Position numbers and translations under genes: made by a program. Under the pieces are notes generated by a model. That model was given only the letters and a program-made list of their open reading frames with translations, ran no database searches and was not told the DNA's origin. Source: an uncultured Verrucomicrobiota bacterium (lineage in GTDB: Bacteria; Verrucomicrobiota; Kiritimatiellia; RZYC01; CAZAYP01). Taken from it: a stretch of 64,000 nucleotides of DNA. Of this stretch, positions 51,853 to 62,295 are shown one piece after another. Every line of letters starts with the position of its first letter. The first letter of the stretch is position 1. Where the stretch lies: assembly GCA_964489425.1 (NCBI GenBank), contig CAZAYP010000006.1, forward strand, positions 47,802 to 111,801, written 5' to 3'.

Positions 51853-53001
51853 ATGCCCGTTTCCGGCCCCCTGGTATTGTCCTACTGGAACCTGAACGGG
51901 TTTGCGTTCGGCGGCGCGCGCCGCATCGAGGCCTTGTTGCGCCTGCTGGGCCCACGCACGCTGCTGTGCCAGCCGGCGCCGGCGCACCCGCAATACGAAA
52001 CCGTGCCGTTCCGGCCCGACCTCGGCCGCCGCAAGCTCGGCATCAACTGGGGGATCTTCAACTTCATGCTGCCCGGGGCCGCGCGCGCCGCGCGCCGGGC
52101 CGTGGCCGGCCAGCCGCCGCTGATCGTGGCCACCTCGATCTGGGCGTTCATCCCGGTGCGGCGCGAGACCGCCATCCCGGTGGTGCTCGACGCGCACGAT
52201 GTCAGCGCCCTGGCCCTGGCCGAGCGGTTCGGCGCCGGCCACCCCTTTACCCGCCAGGTGCGGCGCTGGGAAGGCCGGGTGGTGCGCAGCGCCCGCCACG
52301 TGTTTGTCTGTTCCGCCGGCGACCGCGAGCAGATGATCTCCATGTACGGCGTGGCGCCCGACCGGATCACGGCGGTGCCCAACGGCGTGGACCTGCCGGC
52401 GTTCGCGGTCCCGGCCACGGACCTGCCGCCCGCCATCGAGCGCGAGTTGCAGGGGAAAACCGTGCTCTTTTTCATGGGCAAGCTGGACTACCAGCCCAAC
52501 CGGGCCGCCCTGCGGTTCATGAACGACCAGCTCCTGCCCGCGCTGGAGCAGGCCCGGCCCGGCCGGTTCAAGCTGCTGGTGTGCGGCGGGCCGCGGCCGG
52601 CCGGCGCGTGGCACCCGGCCATGCTGCTCACCGGCCGGGTTCCGGAGGTGCTCCCCTACGTGCAGCGGGCCGACCTGTGCCTCGCGCCGCTATTCACCGG
52701 GTCCGGCACGCGCCTCAAGATTCTGGAATACCTGGCCGCGGCCAAGCCGGTCGTGGCCACGCCCAAGGCCGCGGAAGGGCTCGTGGCGCAGGACAACCGC
52801 GACCTGGCGCTGGCCCCGGCCCCGGAGTTCGCCGCCCGCGTGCTGGCCCTGGCCGGGGATCCGGCCGCCGGCCGCGCGCTGGGCCTGGCCGGCCGCGAGC
52901 TGGTGCGGCAGCACTACGATTGGAACGCCATCCGCGAGCAATGGAAGACGGTCCTCGGCCCGTGGCTGGCCGCGTCCGCGCCCGACCCGGCCGCCGGCTG
53001 A
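51853..53001 (+). CDS. Family 4 (GT-B, group 1) glycosyltransferase
   Basis: The ATG at 51853 gives MPVSGPLVLSYWNLNGFAFGGA. The C-terminal half contains FFMGKLDYQPNRAAL...CLAPLFTGSGTRLKILEYLAAAKPVVATPKAAEGL, the E-x7-E-type GT1 motif region. The track ORF start at 51490 lies inside the previous gene. Confidence 0.8.
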   Translation: MPVSGPLVLSYWNLNGFAFGGARRIEALLRLLGPRTLLCQPAPAHPQYETVPFRPDLGRRKLGINWGIFNFMLPGAARAARRAVAGQPPLIVATSIWAFIPVRRETAIPVVLDAHDVSALALAERFGAGHPFTRQVRRWEGRVVRSARHVFVCSAGDREQMISMYGVAPDRITAVPNGVDLPAFAVPATDLPPAIERELQGKTVLFFMGKLDYQPNRAALRFMNDQLLPALEQARPGRFKLLVCGGPRPAGAWHPAMLLTGRVPEVLPYVQRADLCLAPLFTGSGTRLKILEYLAAAKPVVATPKAAEGLVAQDNRDLALAPAPEFAARVLALAGDPAAGRALGLAGRELVRQHYDWNAIREQWKTVLGPWLAASAPDPAAG

Positions 53002-53017
53002 ATGCGGCTGGCCAGGC

Positions 53018-55156
53018 TTACTTTTCGGCCAGGTTCCAGATCCCGTCCCAGTCGCCGCCGGATGCCAGCAACTCGCGGCATTGGGCCGCGTATTTGCGGG
53101 CCACGGGGTCCTGCTCGAGCGGCTGCAGGATCGCCAGCGCCTCCGCCCACTTGCGCGCGCCGCACAGGCCCAGCGCGTTGTGGAACAGCGCTACCGCCGG
53201 TGGTTCCCCGCCCCCGAGCGCGACCAGTTCCAGCACCTTGACCGGCGTCTTGCGGCCCACCACGCGGATCGCCCCGAGCCGCCGGCCGACAAAGGCGTTG
53301 GCGGTTTGGAGCCACGTGGTTTCCGAGGCCATGGTGTAGGTGCCGAACGCCTTGTTGGCGCCCTCGAGGCGCGAGGCCAGGTTGGCGGCATCGCCCAGCA
53401 CGGTGTAATCGAACCGGCGCTGCGATCCCATGTTGCCCACCACCACCTCGCCAGTGTGCAGGCCGACGCGCATGTACAGCTGGCTGCCGGTGCGCCGGGC
53501 GAACTCCTCGCGCCGGGCCGCCAGCTTCTGCTGGCACAGCAGCGCCGCCCGGCAGGCGCGCCGCGCGTGGTCCGGCTGCGGCAGCGGCGCGTTCCAGAAG
53601 GCGATGATGGCATCGCCCTCGTACTTGTCCAAGGTGCCGCCCTCGTCGAGGATGATGTTGGTCATGTCGGTGAGGTAATCGTTCAGCAGGGTGGTCAGCT
53701 CGGTGGGGTTGAGTTTTTCCGAGAGGGAGGAAAACCCCTGCAGGTCCGAGAAGAAGATGGTCAGCTCGCGCTTTTCGCCGCCCAGCTTGAGCTGCTCCGG
53801 GTGCAGGAGAATGGCGTCGATCACCTCGGGGCTCAAGTAATGTTTGAACGCGCCCTTGATGAACGCCTTCTGGCGGCCTTCGGTGGCGTAGCTGTAGACC
53901 AGCGCGCCGGCCAGGGCCAGGGCCACGGCCCCGGCCTGCGGCACCATGGGGTACCAGTAGCCCAACCCGTACGCGCCGAACGCCGCGGCCACGGCCAGCG
54001 CGAGGAACGCCACGATGCAGAGCACGCTGTGCCACGCCCGCCGGCTGAACACCACGGCGGCGCTGCCCAGGCAGGCCAACAGGCCCACCAGCAGCGCCAG
54101 CAGCGCGGCCGGCATCTCGCGCATGGGGTCCATGGCCAGCAGGTTGTCCAGCATGGTGGCGTAGACCATGACGCCCGGCGCCACATTGCTGATGGGCGTG
54201 GGCCGCAGATCCATCAGCCCGGGCGCACTGAAGCCGAACAGCACGTACGCGTCCTGGAACTCGCGCGGATCCACCAGGGGCTCGCCGCCCGCCTGCAGGC
54301 GCAGCTCGGACTGCAGGATGGCCTGGGCGCTGTAGGGCCGGTACACGTCACTCAGGGTGCCGCGGTAGCAGAGGATCATCCGCCCGCGGCGGTCCAGCGG
54401 CACTCGGCGCGTCCCGATGTGCAGCCAGCCCGGCTCCAGCCGCAGGGGCTCCAGGTCCTGGATATTGGCCGCCACGGCCGCCAGCCGGTACAGCCCGAAT
54501 CCCAGTGCCGGCACCACCTGGCCGTCAAACAGGCGGAACAGGCTGGCCCGGCGGATCACCCCGTCGGCGTCCGGTTCCCCCTTGACATCGGCCAACAGGG
54601 CGGCGTTGGTGGCCACTTCCGGCACCGGGAACGTGGCCCGGGGCAGGGCCAGGCCCGCGTCATCGGCGGCGCGCCGCACGGCGTCCAGGTTGGCCACCTG
54701 CAGCGGGCTGGGCCGCAGGTCCGCGGGCCAGGCCGTGGCCGACCCCTCGTCGCGGCCCAGGAACAGGGCGCCCACAAAACCGCCGCTGGCGTGGATGGCC
54801 GCGCCGAACGCCTCGTCATCCGCCACGCCATACTTGGACGGCTCGGTGAACAGCACGTCGAACCCGACCGCCCGCGCGCCACCGCGCTGGCAGAACTGGA
54901 GGATCGGCGCGTAGACCTCGCGCGGCCAGGGCCACGACCAGTCGTTCTCGCGCGCGCCCCAGTCGAGCGAGGCCTGGTCAAGCAGGATGATCTTGATCTG
55001 TTGCGACTGGGCGCTGGGCCGGGCAAAGACCCGCGCGCGCCAGCTCCAGGTGGGGTATTCCAGGCCGTCGAGGGCGCCGGCCCACCACAGGGCCAGCATC
55101 ACCGCGGCGGCGCCCGCGCCCATCAGCGCGGCGGCCAAGAGTTTTTTGCGTTTCAT
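53018..55156 (-). CDS. CHASE2 sensor-domain class III adenylate/guanylate cyclase
   Basis: An N-terminal TM helix is followed by a CHASE2-like periplasmic domain (IKIILLDQASLDW...WPWPREVYAPIL...GARAVGFDVLFTEPS). Three TM helices come next. The cyclase core is LTIFFSDLQGFSSLSE...YEGDAIIAFWNAP...MRVGLHTGEVVVGNMGS..RFDYTVLGDAANLASRLE. Confidence 0.85.
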   Translation of the reverse strand: MKRKKLLAAALMGAGAAAVMLALWWAGALDGLEYPTWSWRARVFARPSAQSQQIKIILLDQASLDWGARENDWSWPWPREVYAPILQFCQRGGARAVGFDVLFTEPSKYGVADDEAFGAAIHASGGFVGALFLGRDEGSATAWPADLRPSPLQVANLDAVRRAADDAGLALPRATFPVPEVATNAALLADVKGEPDADGVIRRASLFRLFDGQVVPALGFGLYRLAAVAANIQDLEPLRLEPGWLHIGTRRVPLDRRGRMILCYRGTLSDVYRPYSAQAILQSELRLQAGGEPLVDPREFQDAYVLFGFSAPGLMDLRPTPISNVAPGVMVYATMLDNLLAMDPMREMPAALLALLVGLLACLGSAAVVFSRRAWHSVLCIVAFLALAVAAAFGAYGLGYWYPMVPQAGAVALALAGALVYSYATEGRQKAFIKGAFKHYLSPEVIDAILLHPEQLKLGGEKRELTIFFSDLQGFSSLSEKLNPTELTTLLNDYLTDMTNIILDEGGTLDKYEGDAIIAFWNAPLPQPDHARRACRAALLCQQKLAARREEFARRTGSQLYMRVGLHTGEVVVGNMGSQRRFDYTVLGDAANLASRLEGANKAFGTYTMASETTWLQTANAFVGRRLGAIRVVGRKTPVKVLELVALGGGEPPAVALFHNALGLCGARKWAEALAILQPLEQDPVARKYAAQCRELLASGGDWDGIWNLAEK

Positions 55157-55174
55157 CCGGGTTCCTTTCAGCCG

Positions 55175-56452
55175 TCAAGCGACGCGGACCATGTCCGCGC
55201 CGAGGGCGCGCAGGCGCTCGTCCACGCGCTCGTACCCGCGGTCCACCACCTGGGCGTTCTCGATGACGCTCTCGCCCCGCGCGCACAGCGCGGCGATGAT
55301 CAGCGCCATGCCGGCGCGGATGTCCGGGCTGTTCATGTGGGCGGCGTGCAGGCGCGCGGGGCCGGTCACCACCACGCGGTGCGGATCACACTGCACGATC
55401 TGCGCGCCCATGCTGATGAGCTGGTCCACGAAATACAGCCGGCTTTCGAACAGTTTCTCAAAAAACAGGACCGTGCCGCGGGCCTGGGTGGCCAACACCA
55501 CCAGCACGCTCATCAGGTCCGACGGCAGGGCCGGCCAGGTGCCGTCCTCGATCTTGGGGATGGCGGACTGGAAGTCGGACCGGACGCGCAAGGTGGCGGG
55601 CGCCTTGAACACCAGGCGCCGGCCGGCGGTCGACCACCCGAGGTCGAGCTTGCCGAACGCCTGCGCCAGCACGGCCAGCCACTCCCCGGCCGGCGCGGGC
55701 TTGATCTCCAGGCGGCCGCCGGTGGCCGCGGCCGCGGCCAGGAAGCTGCCGATCTCGATGTAGTCCGGGCCCACCGCGTGCCGCGCCCCGCCCAGGGTCC
55801 GCACCCCGTCGATCTGCAGGCGGTTGGTGCCCAGGCCGCCGATGCGCGCGCCCATCTTGTTCAGCAGCAGGCCCAGGTCCTGCACGTGCGGCTCGCAGGC
55901 CGCATTGAAGATGGTGGTCCGGCCGGGCGCCAGCGTCGCGGCCATCATGGCGTTCTCCGTGGCCGTGACGCTGGACTCCTCCAGCAGGATGTAGGCGCCC
56001 CGGAGGTGGCGGCGGCGCAGCGCAAACTCGCGGTCACCGCGGATTTCCAGGCCCAGCGCCTGCAGCGCCTGGAAATGCGGGTCCAGGCGGCGCCGGCCGA
56101 TGACGTCTCCGCCGGGCGGGTGCAGCACGGCTCGGCCGTGCCGGGCGGCGAGCGGACCGGCCACGAGGATCGAGCTGCGCACCCGGCGGCACAGGTCGGC
56201 GCGCAGCTCCGTCTTCTTCAGCCCGGCGGCGCACAGCGCCAGGCGCCCGCCGCGGCCGCTCACGCTCACGCCCAGGTCGGCCAGCAGCTCCAACATGACC
56301 CGCACATCCTCGATGTCCGGCACGTTGCGCAGGTGCACGGGCTGGTCGGTCAGCAGGCACGCGGCCAGCATGGGCAGGGCGGCGTTCTTGTTGCCCACCG
56401 GCTGCAGGGCGCCCGCCAGCCGCCGGCCGCCATGGATGATGAAGCGGGCCAT
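55175..56452 (-). CDS. murA: UDP-N-acetylglucosamine 1-carboxyvinyltransferase
   Basis: MARFIIHGGRRLAGALQPVGNKNAALPMLAACLLT...LRNVPDIEDV is the canonical MurA N-terminus. Length is 425 aa. Confidence 0.95.
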   Translation of the reverse strand: MARFIIHGGRRLAGALQPVGNKNAALPMLAACLLTDQPVHLRNVPDIEDVRVMLELLADLGVSVSGRGGRLALCAAGLKKTELRADLCRRVRSSILVAGPLAARHGRAVLHPPGGDVIGRRRLDPHFQALQALGLEIRGDREFALRRRHLRGAYILLEESSVTATENAMMAATLAPGRTTIFNAACEPHVQDLGLLLNKMGARIGGLGTNRLQIDGVRTLGGARHAVGPDYIEIGSFLAAAAATGGRLEIKPAPAGEWLAVLAQAFGKLDLGWSTAGRRLVFKAPATLRVRSDFQSAIPKIEDGTWPALPSDLMSVLVVLATQARGTVLFFEKLFESRLYFVDQLISMGAQIVQCDPHRVVVTGPARLHAAHMNSPDIRAGMALIIAALCARGESVIENAQVVDRGYERVDERLRALGADMVRVA

Positions 56453-56453
56453 G

Positions 56454-58130
56454 TCAGCGCCTGCGGCCCGCGTTGGCCAGCATCTCGCGGGCGTGCTCCA
56501 GGGTCACGCGGGTCAGGTCGCGGCCGCCGAGCATGCGGGCCAGCTCCTCGACCCGCGCCGCGTCCGCCAGGCGGGCCACGCGCGAGACCGTGCGGTGGTT
56601 ATGCACGGTTTTTTCGACCACGAAATGGGCCTGGCCGCACACGGCGACCTGGGGAAAGTGGGTGATGCAGATCACCTGGTGGCGCCGGGCCAACTCCGCC
56701 ACCTTGCGGCCCACGGCGCCGGCGGTTTCGCCGCCCACGTTGGTGTCGATCTCATCAAACACCAGCACCGGGATGTGGTCGTGGCCAGCCAAGGCGCACT
56801 TGGTGGCCAGCATGATCCGCGAAATCTCGCCGCTGGAGGCGATCTGCCGCAGCGGGCGCGGCGGCTCGCCCTCGTTGGGGGCGAACATCATCTCGATCGC
56901 GTCGCCGCCCGAGGGCCGCAGCGGCGTCTCGGCAAACTCGAGGCCGAACGCGCCGCGCGCCAGCCCCAGGGTTTCCAGCTCGCGCGCCACGGCCTTGGTC
57001 AGCTTGGCGGCAGCCAGCTTGCGCCGCCGCCGCAGGTCCCGGGCCTGGGTGTCCAGTTCCGCTTCGACGGCCAGGATCTCCCGGTCCAGCGCGGCCAGCT
57101 GGTCGCCGCGGCCGGCCAGGGCCTGCAGGCGCGCCCGGGACTGCTCAAGCAGGGCGAGCACCTCGGGCACGGTGGGTCCGTATTTCTTCTTCAGGGATTG
57201 GTACTGGGCCAGGCGCTGGTCGAGCCAGGCCAGGCGCGTCGGGTCGTCGTCCAGGCCTTCGACCCGGCGCTGGACATCGGTGATGAGCTCCTGCGCCTGG
57301 CGCGCCATGGACTCCAGGTTGCGGGCCCATTCTTCGGACGCGGGAAACAGGCGTGCCAGCTCCACGGCCGACTTGCGCCCGCGCACCAGGGCGTCGAACG
57401 CGGCCGACTCGCCTTCGCCGAGGTGCGCGAGCATTTCGGCAGCCAGCTCGCGGATGCGCTGGGCATGGCCCAGCGCATGGTGCTCGGCTTGGATCTTCTC
57501 CTCTTCCTCCACCGTCACCTGCGCGTCGCCGATTTCCTTGACGCGGAACGCCAGGAGGTCCATCTGCTCCGCCACGGCCGCGCCGTCCATGACCGCCAGC
57601 TCCGCCTTGCGCCGCAGAAGCTCAGCGCGGCCGGCATACGCCGTGCCGTAGGCCTGCCGCGCGCCTTGCAGCTGGCCGTATTCGTCCAGGAGGTCGAGCT
57701 GGGCCTCGGGCCGGAACAGCGACTGGTGATCGTGCGGGCCGTGGAAATCCACGAGCGCGTCGCCCAACTGCTTGAGCACCGGCACCGTGACCGGGCTGTC
57801 GTTCACGAAGTTCTGCGTGGCGCCGCCGGCCTTGAGCACCCGGCGAATGACCAGCGTCCCGTCCTCGCCCGGCGCCAGCCCGAACTGCTCGAGGACCGCG
57901 TTGATCCGGCCGGGCTCCGCAAGCTGGAACTGCGCCTCGGCCTGGGCAGCCGACTCGCCGGTACGGATCATGGACTTGTCGGCGCGCCCGCCCAGCAGCA
58001 GTTCCAGGGCGCCCATGAGGATGGATTTCCCGGCGCCGGTTTCGCCGGTGATGACGTTCAAGCCGCCTTCAAATTCCACCTGCGTGGTGTCGGCCAGAGC
58101 CAGGTTCTTGATGCGCAGGGCGGCCAGCAT
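56454..58130 (-). CDS. recN: DNA repair protein RecN
   Basis: Contains LRIKNLALADTTQVEFEGGLNVITGETGAGKSILMGAL (Walker A). A long coiled coil follows. The C-terminus contains ASSGEISRIMLA and VLVFDEIDTNVGG. Confidence 0.95.
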   Translation of the reverse strand: MLAALRIKNLALADTTQVEFEGGLNVITGETGAGKSILMGALELLLGGRADKSMIRTGESAAQAEAQFQLAEPGRINAVLEQFGLAPGEDGTLVIRRVLKAGGATQNFVNDSPVTVPVLKQLGDALVDFHGPHDHQSLFRPEAQLDLLDEYGQLQGARQAYGTAYAGRAELLRRKAELAVMDGAAVAEQMDLLAFRVKEIGDAQVTVEEEEKIQAEHHALGHAQRIRELAAEMLAHLGEGESAAFDALVRGRKSAVELARLFPASEEWARNLESMARQAQELITDVQRRVEGLDDDPTRLAWLDQRLAQYQSLKKKYGPTVPEVLALLEQSRARLQALAGRGDQLAALDREILAVEAELDTQARDLRRRRKLAAAKLTKAVARELETLGLARGAFGLEFAETPLRPSGGDAIEMMFAPNEGEPPRPLRQIASSGEISRIMLATKCALAGHDHIPVLVFDEIDTNVGGETAGAVGRKVAELARRHQVICITHFPQVAVCGQAHFVVEKTVHNHRTVSRVARLADAARVEELARMLGGRDLTRVTLEHAREMLANAGRRR

Positions 58131-58156
58131 GGGTCAAGCCGGGGTAAGTCCGTGCA

Positions 58157-58438
58157 TCAGAGCAGCTCCGTCTGGATTTCGAGCAGCACATGGCGCGGGT
58201 TGCCGTGCAGCATTTCGGTGAGCTCCGCCAGCCGCTGGTCCACCACGTCTTTCTCGGCGGCCACGGTCACGAACGCCAGCTCGGAGAACTGCCACGCGTC
58301 CTGCTGGCCCACCTCGGCGACGCTCACGTTCATCTTGTTCAGCACGCGGTCCTTGAGGCTGCGCAGCACCGAGCGCTTATCCTTGAGCGAACGGGACTCG
58401 GGAATGCTGATCCGCGCCTGTAACAGTCCAATGACCAT
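58157..58438 (-). CDS. DUF503 (YlxP-like) family protein
   Basis: The 93-aa sequence MVIGLLQARISIPESRSLKDKRSVLRSLKDRVLNKMNVSVAEVG matches the DUF503 pattern (..l.ipes.SLKeKR.v.rsl..r...kfnvsvaEv..). Confidence 0.8.
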   Translation of the reverse strand: MVIGLLQARISIPESRSLKDKRSVLRSLKDRVLNKMNVSVAEVGQQDAWQFSELAFVTVAAEKDVVDQRLAELTEMLHGNPRHVLLEIQTELL

Positions 58439-58462
58439 GCCGATCTCCCGCTGTCGGCCAGG

Positions 58463-59653
58463 TCAGCCGGCAGCCGGCGCCGCGGGCGGCGCCGCCGGTG
58501 GCGCCACATCTTTTTTCTTGTGCGCCTTGCTGATCAGCAGCCAGAACGCGCCCACGGCCACGCCCAGCAGGATGATGCCCAGCAGGGGCCGGTAAATGAA
58601 CCACGCGATGGCAATGGTCAGCAACGAGAGCGACACGGAGAGCAGGAACGCCACCAGGCCGGTGCCCATGCCCACCAGGCTGCCGAGGAACGGCAGCACA
58701 TCCGCGAGCACCGACAGGGGCTTGAAGACCATGGACAGCCCGATGAACATCAGGAACCAGCCCAGAACGCGCAGCAGCCAGGTGATGATCTTGTTTTGCG
58801 TGTGGGCGTTGGCAAACATCTGCTGCGCGTCCAGCCGGCCGAGTTCCAACAGATCGATGGTCTTGCCCACCTTCGTGGGGTACGGCACGAACGTGCTCCC
58901 GGACTGCTTGGCGATCACGCTGACGTCCTGGGGCTTGACCGACTTGAACGAGATGCGCAGGTCGCCGACCGCCGGCGCGGCCGGGTCTTTGCCCATGTAA
59001 AACGTGTTGGCCTGCAGGAGCAGCGGGCTGATGCGGTTGGTCAGCCCGACGGGCATTTCGGGAACAGGCAGCGACTGGAAGGAGCTGATCCGCAACACCT
59101 GGCCGGGCTGCAGCTCGAACGCGCCGAGGGTCACGTCGTCGGCCTGCCAGGTCTGGCTGGCAAACCGCATCGCCCCGGGATTCTCGTGGCCGGTGGGTTC
59201 CTGGAAATTGCTGGAGGCGATCACGTCATCGGACCAGGTTTTGCTGTAGGTGTAGGTGGTCACGGTTTCTTCGCCGCCGCCGAGCTTCTTGCGCGTCTCG
59301 GACTGCGACTTCTCGGACCATTGGTACATTTCCACCGCGCGCTGCAGTTGGATGGCGTTGACGGCGGAGATACCGAACTCCGCATCGTCCAGGGTGCCCG
59401 GGGTGGTGGCCAGGCCGGACACGTGCACCAGCTTGCCTTCGCTGGCCGGGTCGACCTTCTCGGCGTCCACGCTCACGACGGCGCCTTCGCCCTCCTTGAG
59501 GCTTTTGTAGGTTTTGACCGAGTTGCCTTCGTTCCAGAACAGCAGGGGAAACGCCACGACAAACAGGATTAAGCCAAATATAACCCCGCCAAACGCATTG
59601 CCCAACCGACTGCCCCACGACTTGTTGGTTACCGTTACGATCCTGTCCGCCAT
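58463..59653 (-). CDS. TMEM43/LUMA-family (DUF1625) membrane protein
   Basis: AAGGAGG lies upstream of the ATG. The sequence WGSRLGNAFGGVIFGLILFVVAFPLLFWNEGNSV...VEMYQWSE...TYTYSKTWS is characteristic of the family. Three C-terminal TM helices are present. Confidence 0.75.
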   Translation of the reverse strand: MADRIVTVTNKSWGSRLGNAFGGVIFGLILFVVAFPLLFWNEGNSVKTYKSLKEGEGAVVSVDAEKVDPASEGKLVHVSGLATTPGTLDDAEFGISAVNAIQLQRAVEMYQWSEKSQSETRKKLGGGEETVTTYTYSKTWSDDVIASSNFQEPTGHENPGAMRFASQTWQADDVTLGAFELQPGQVLRISSFQSLPVPEMPVGLTNRISPLLLQANTFYMGKDPAAPAVGDLRISFKSVKPQDVSVIAKQSGSTFVPYPTKVGKTIDLLELGRLDAQQMFANAHTQNKIITWLLRVLGWFLMFIGLSMVFKPLSVLADVLPFLGSLVGMGTGLVAFLLSVSLSLLTIAIAWFIYRPLLGIILLGVAVGAFWLLISKAHKKKDVAPPAAPPAAPAAG

Positions 59654-59808
59654 GATGAATTCCTCCTTGGTGGGTCCACCCCACTCGCGCGTATGTACCC
59701 GATCCCGCCCATGGGTTCAACACTATTCACGATCTGGCGGGCGCGTGGCCGTTCCGTTGGGATCTTCCCACAGGCGCAGAAGCTCCGGGATGTTATCGGC
59801 GCCGCGGC

Positions 59809-62295
59809 TCAGCCGGTGGCAGCCGGCTGGGCGAACACCAGTTCGTCGCCGGCCACGTTGACCTCCACGGTCTCCGCGTCGTGGATGTGGCCGCGCAGCA
59901 GCTCCTCCGCCAGCGGATCCTCGAGGTACTTGGAGATCGCCCGGCGCAGCGGGCGCGCGCCGTAGGCCCGGTCGTAGCCCTTGAGGATCAGGAAGTCGCG
60001 CGCCGCGTCGCTCAGGCGCAGCTCGATCTTGCGCGCGCCCAGGCGCTCGCGCACCTTGGCCAGCTCCAACAGGAGAATCTGCTCGACGTGGGATTTGTCG
60101 AGCTGCTTGAAAACGATCACCTCGTCCATGCGGTTGAGCAGCTCCGGCTTGAACACCTTCTTGGCCGCCTCGGACATGTTCTCCTTGAGCTTCTTGTAGT
60201 CGGCCGCATTGTCGCCTGCGCCGAAGCCCAATTGGCCGCCGTGGCGCGTGAAGTCCGCGCCGAGGTTGGAGGTGATGATGATGATCGTGTTGCGGAAGTC
60301 CACGGTCCGGCCGACGCTGTCGGTCAGGCGGCCGTCCTCGAGGATCTGCAGCAGCAGGTGCATCACGTCCGGGTGGGCCTTTTCGGCCTCGTCGAACAAC
60401 ACCACGGAGTAGGGCCGGCGGCGGATCTTCTCGGTCAGCTGGCCGCCCTCGTCGTAGCCCACGTAGCCGGGCGGCGACCCGACCAGGCGCGACGAGGCGA
60501 ACTTCTCCATGTACTCGGACATGTCGATCTGGATCAGCGCGTTGGGGTCGTCGAAGATGAACTCCGCCAGCACGCGCGCCAGCAGGGTCTTGCCCACGCC
60601 GGTCGGGCCCAGGAAGATGAACGAGCCAATCGGCCGGCGCGGATCCTTGAGGTTGGCGCGCGAGCGGCGCAGGGCCTTGGAAATCGCGGCCACGGCGTCC
60701 TGCTGGCCGATGACGCGCTTGCCCAGCTCCTCGTCCATCTGCAGCAGCTTGCTCATTTCCGTGGCTTCGAGCTTGGTCAGCGGCACGCCGGTCCACTTGG
60801 ACACGATGGTCATGATGTCCTCGGCGGACACGTTGACGACCTTCTCGTCGCGCTCTTTGCGCCAGGCGGCAAGGACCTTGTCCATCTCCTCGCGAGCGAT
60901 GCGCTCCTGGTCGCGGTAGCCGGCGGCTTCCTCGAAGCGCTGGGCGCGGATCGCCTCTTCCTTCTTCTTCTTGATATCGGCCAGCTTCTGTTCCTGCTCC
61001 TTGACGTCCGGCGGGCGGGTCATGGAGGAGATGCGGGCGCGGGCGCCGGCCTCGTCCATGACATCGATCGCCTTGTCGGGCAGGAAGCGCTCGGAGAGGT
61101 AGCGCGAGGACAGGTCGGCAGCGGCCTGCAGGGCCTCGTCGGCGATGCGCGCGTGGTGGTGCTGCTCGTAGCGCGGCCGCAGGCCCTTGAGGATCTCGAC
61201 GGTCTCCTCGATCGTGGGCTCGCGCACGAGGATCGACTGGAAGCGGCGCTCGAGGGCCGCGTCCTTCTCGATGAACTTGCGGTACTCCTTGATCGTGGTC
61301 GCGCCGACGCACTGCAGCTCGCCGCGCGACAGGGCGGGCTTGATGATGTTGGAGGCGTCCATGGCGCCCTCGGCCGAGCCGGCGCCGACGATGGTGTGCA
61401 GCTCGTCGATGAAGAGGATGACATTCTTGGCGCGCTTGATCTCGTCCATCACCGCCTTGATGCGCTCCTCGAACTGGCCGCGGTACTTGGTGCCGGCGAC
61501 CATGCTGGCGAGGTCGAGCACCACCAGGCGCTTGTCGAACAGCAGGTCGGGGACGTCCTGCGAGATGATCCGCTGCGCCAGGCCCTCGACGATCGCCGTC
61601 TTGCCGACGCCGGCCTCGCCGAGCAGCACCGGGTTGTTCTTGGTGCGGCGGCAGAGGATCTGGATCACGCGCTCGATCTCGTTGGCGCGGCCGATCACCG
61701 GGTCCAGCTCGTTCTTGCGCGCCAGCTCGGTCAGGTCGCGGCCGAACGCGGCCAGGGCCGGGGTCTTGCCGGCCGCATCGCGCGGCGCCCCGGCGGCTTG
61801 CCCCCCGCCACCGCCGCCGGCCCCGGCGCCGGCCATGTTTTCCTCGGACCCGGGCTCGAAGTTGGGGTCCAGCTCCTTCATGATCTCGAGGCGGGTCTTG
61901 TCGAGGTCGACGCTCAGGTTGCGCAGGACGCGGGCGGCGACGCCCTCGCCCTCGCGCAGCAGGCCCAGCAGGATGTGCTCGGTGCCGACGTAGGAGTGGT
62001 TCAGGGCGCGCGCCTCGCTCGAGGCCAGGGCCAGCACCTTCTTGACCCGCGGGGTGAACGGGACGTTGCCCACGGTCTTGGTTTCCGGGCCCACGCCCAC
62101 AGCCTTCTCGACTTCGAGGCGGACGGTCTCGAGGTCCACGCCCATCTTGAGCAGGACGTTGACGGCCACGCCCTGGCCGAGAACGATCAGGCCCAGGAGC
62201 AGGTGCTCGGTGCCGACATAGCCGTGGTTGAAGCGGTCCGCCTCTTTGCGGGCCAGCTGGATGACTTGTTGCGCGCGCGGGGTAAAATTATTCAT
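59809..62295 (-). CDS. clpC: ATP-dependent Clp protease ATP-binding subunit ClpC
   Basis: There is a double Clp_N repeat ([25 protein letters not shown] and ..[13 protein letters not shown]). Two AAA+ modules are present ([15 protein letters not shown] and [17 protein letters not shown]). A UVR-like linker ([15 protein letters not shown]) joins them. Confidence 0.95.
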   Translation of the reverse strand: MNNFTPRAQQVIQLARKEADRFNHGYVGTEHLLLGLIVLGQGVAVNVLLKMGVDLETVRLEVEKAVGVGPETKTVGNVPFTPRVKKVLALASSEARALNHSYVGTEHILLGLLREGEGVAARVLRNLSVDLDKTRLEIMKELDPNFEPGSEENMAGAGAGGGGGGQAAGAPRDAAGKTPALAAFGRDLTELARKNELDPVIGRANEIERVIQILCRRTKNNPVLLGEAGVGKTAIVEGLAQRIISQDVPDLLFDKRLVVLDLASMVAGTKYRGQFEERIKAVMDEIKRAKNVILFIDELHTIVGAGSAEGAMDASNIIKPALSRGELQCVGATTIKEYRKFIEKDAALERRFQSILVREPTIEETVEILKGLRPRYEQHHHARIADEALQAAADLSSRYLSERFLPDKAIDVMDEAGARARISSMTRPPDVKEQEQKLADIKKKKEEAIRAQRFEEAAGYRDQERIAREEMDKVLAAWRKERDEKVVNVSAEDIMTIVSKWTGVPLTKLEATEMSKLLQMDEELGKRVIGQQDAVAAISKALRRSRANLKDPRRPIGSFIFLGPTGVGKTLLARVLAEFIFDDPNALIQIDMSEYMEKFASSRLVGSPPGYVGYDEGGQLTEKIRRRPYSVVLFDEAEKAHPDVMHLLLQILEDGRLTDSVGRTVDFRNTIIIITSNLGADFTRHGGQLGFGAGDNAADYKKLKENMSEAAKKVFKPELLNRMDEVIVFKQLDKSHVEQILLLELAKVRERLGARKIELRLSDAARDFLILKGYDRAYGARPLRRAISKYLEDPLAEELLRGHIHDAETVEVNVAGDELVFAQPAATG

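Noticed and set aside
53081-56665. 1194-aa plus-strand ORF spanning the cyclase, murA and recN region
   Set aside because: It crosses three well-supported minus-strand genes (CHASE2 cyclase, MurA, RecN). Its sequence is Arg/Gly/Ala/His-rich with no domain, so it is an antisense artefact.
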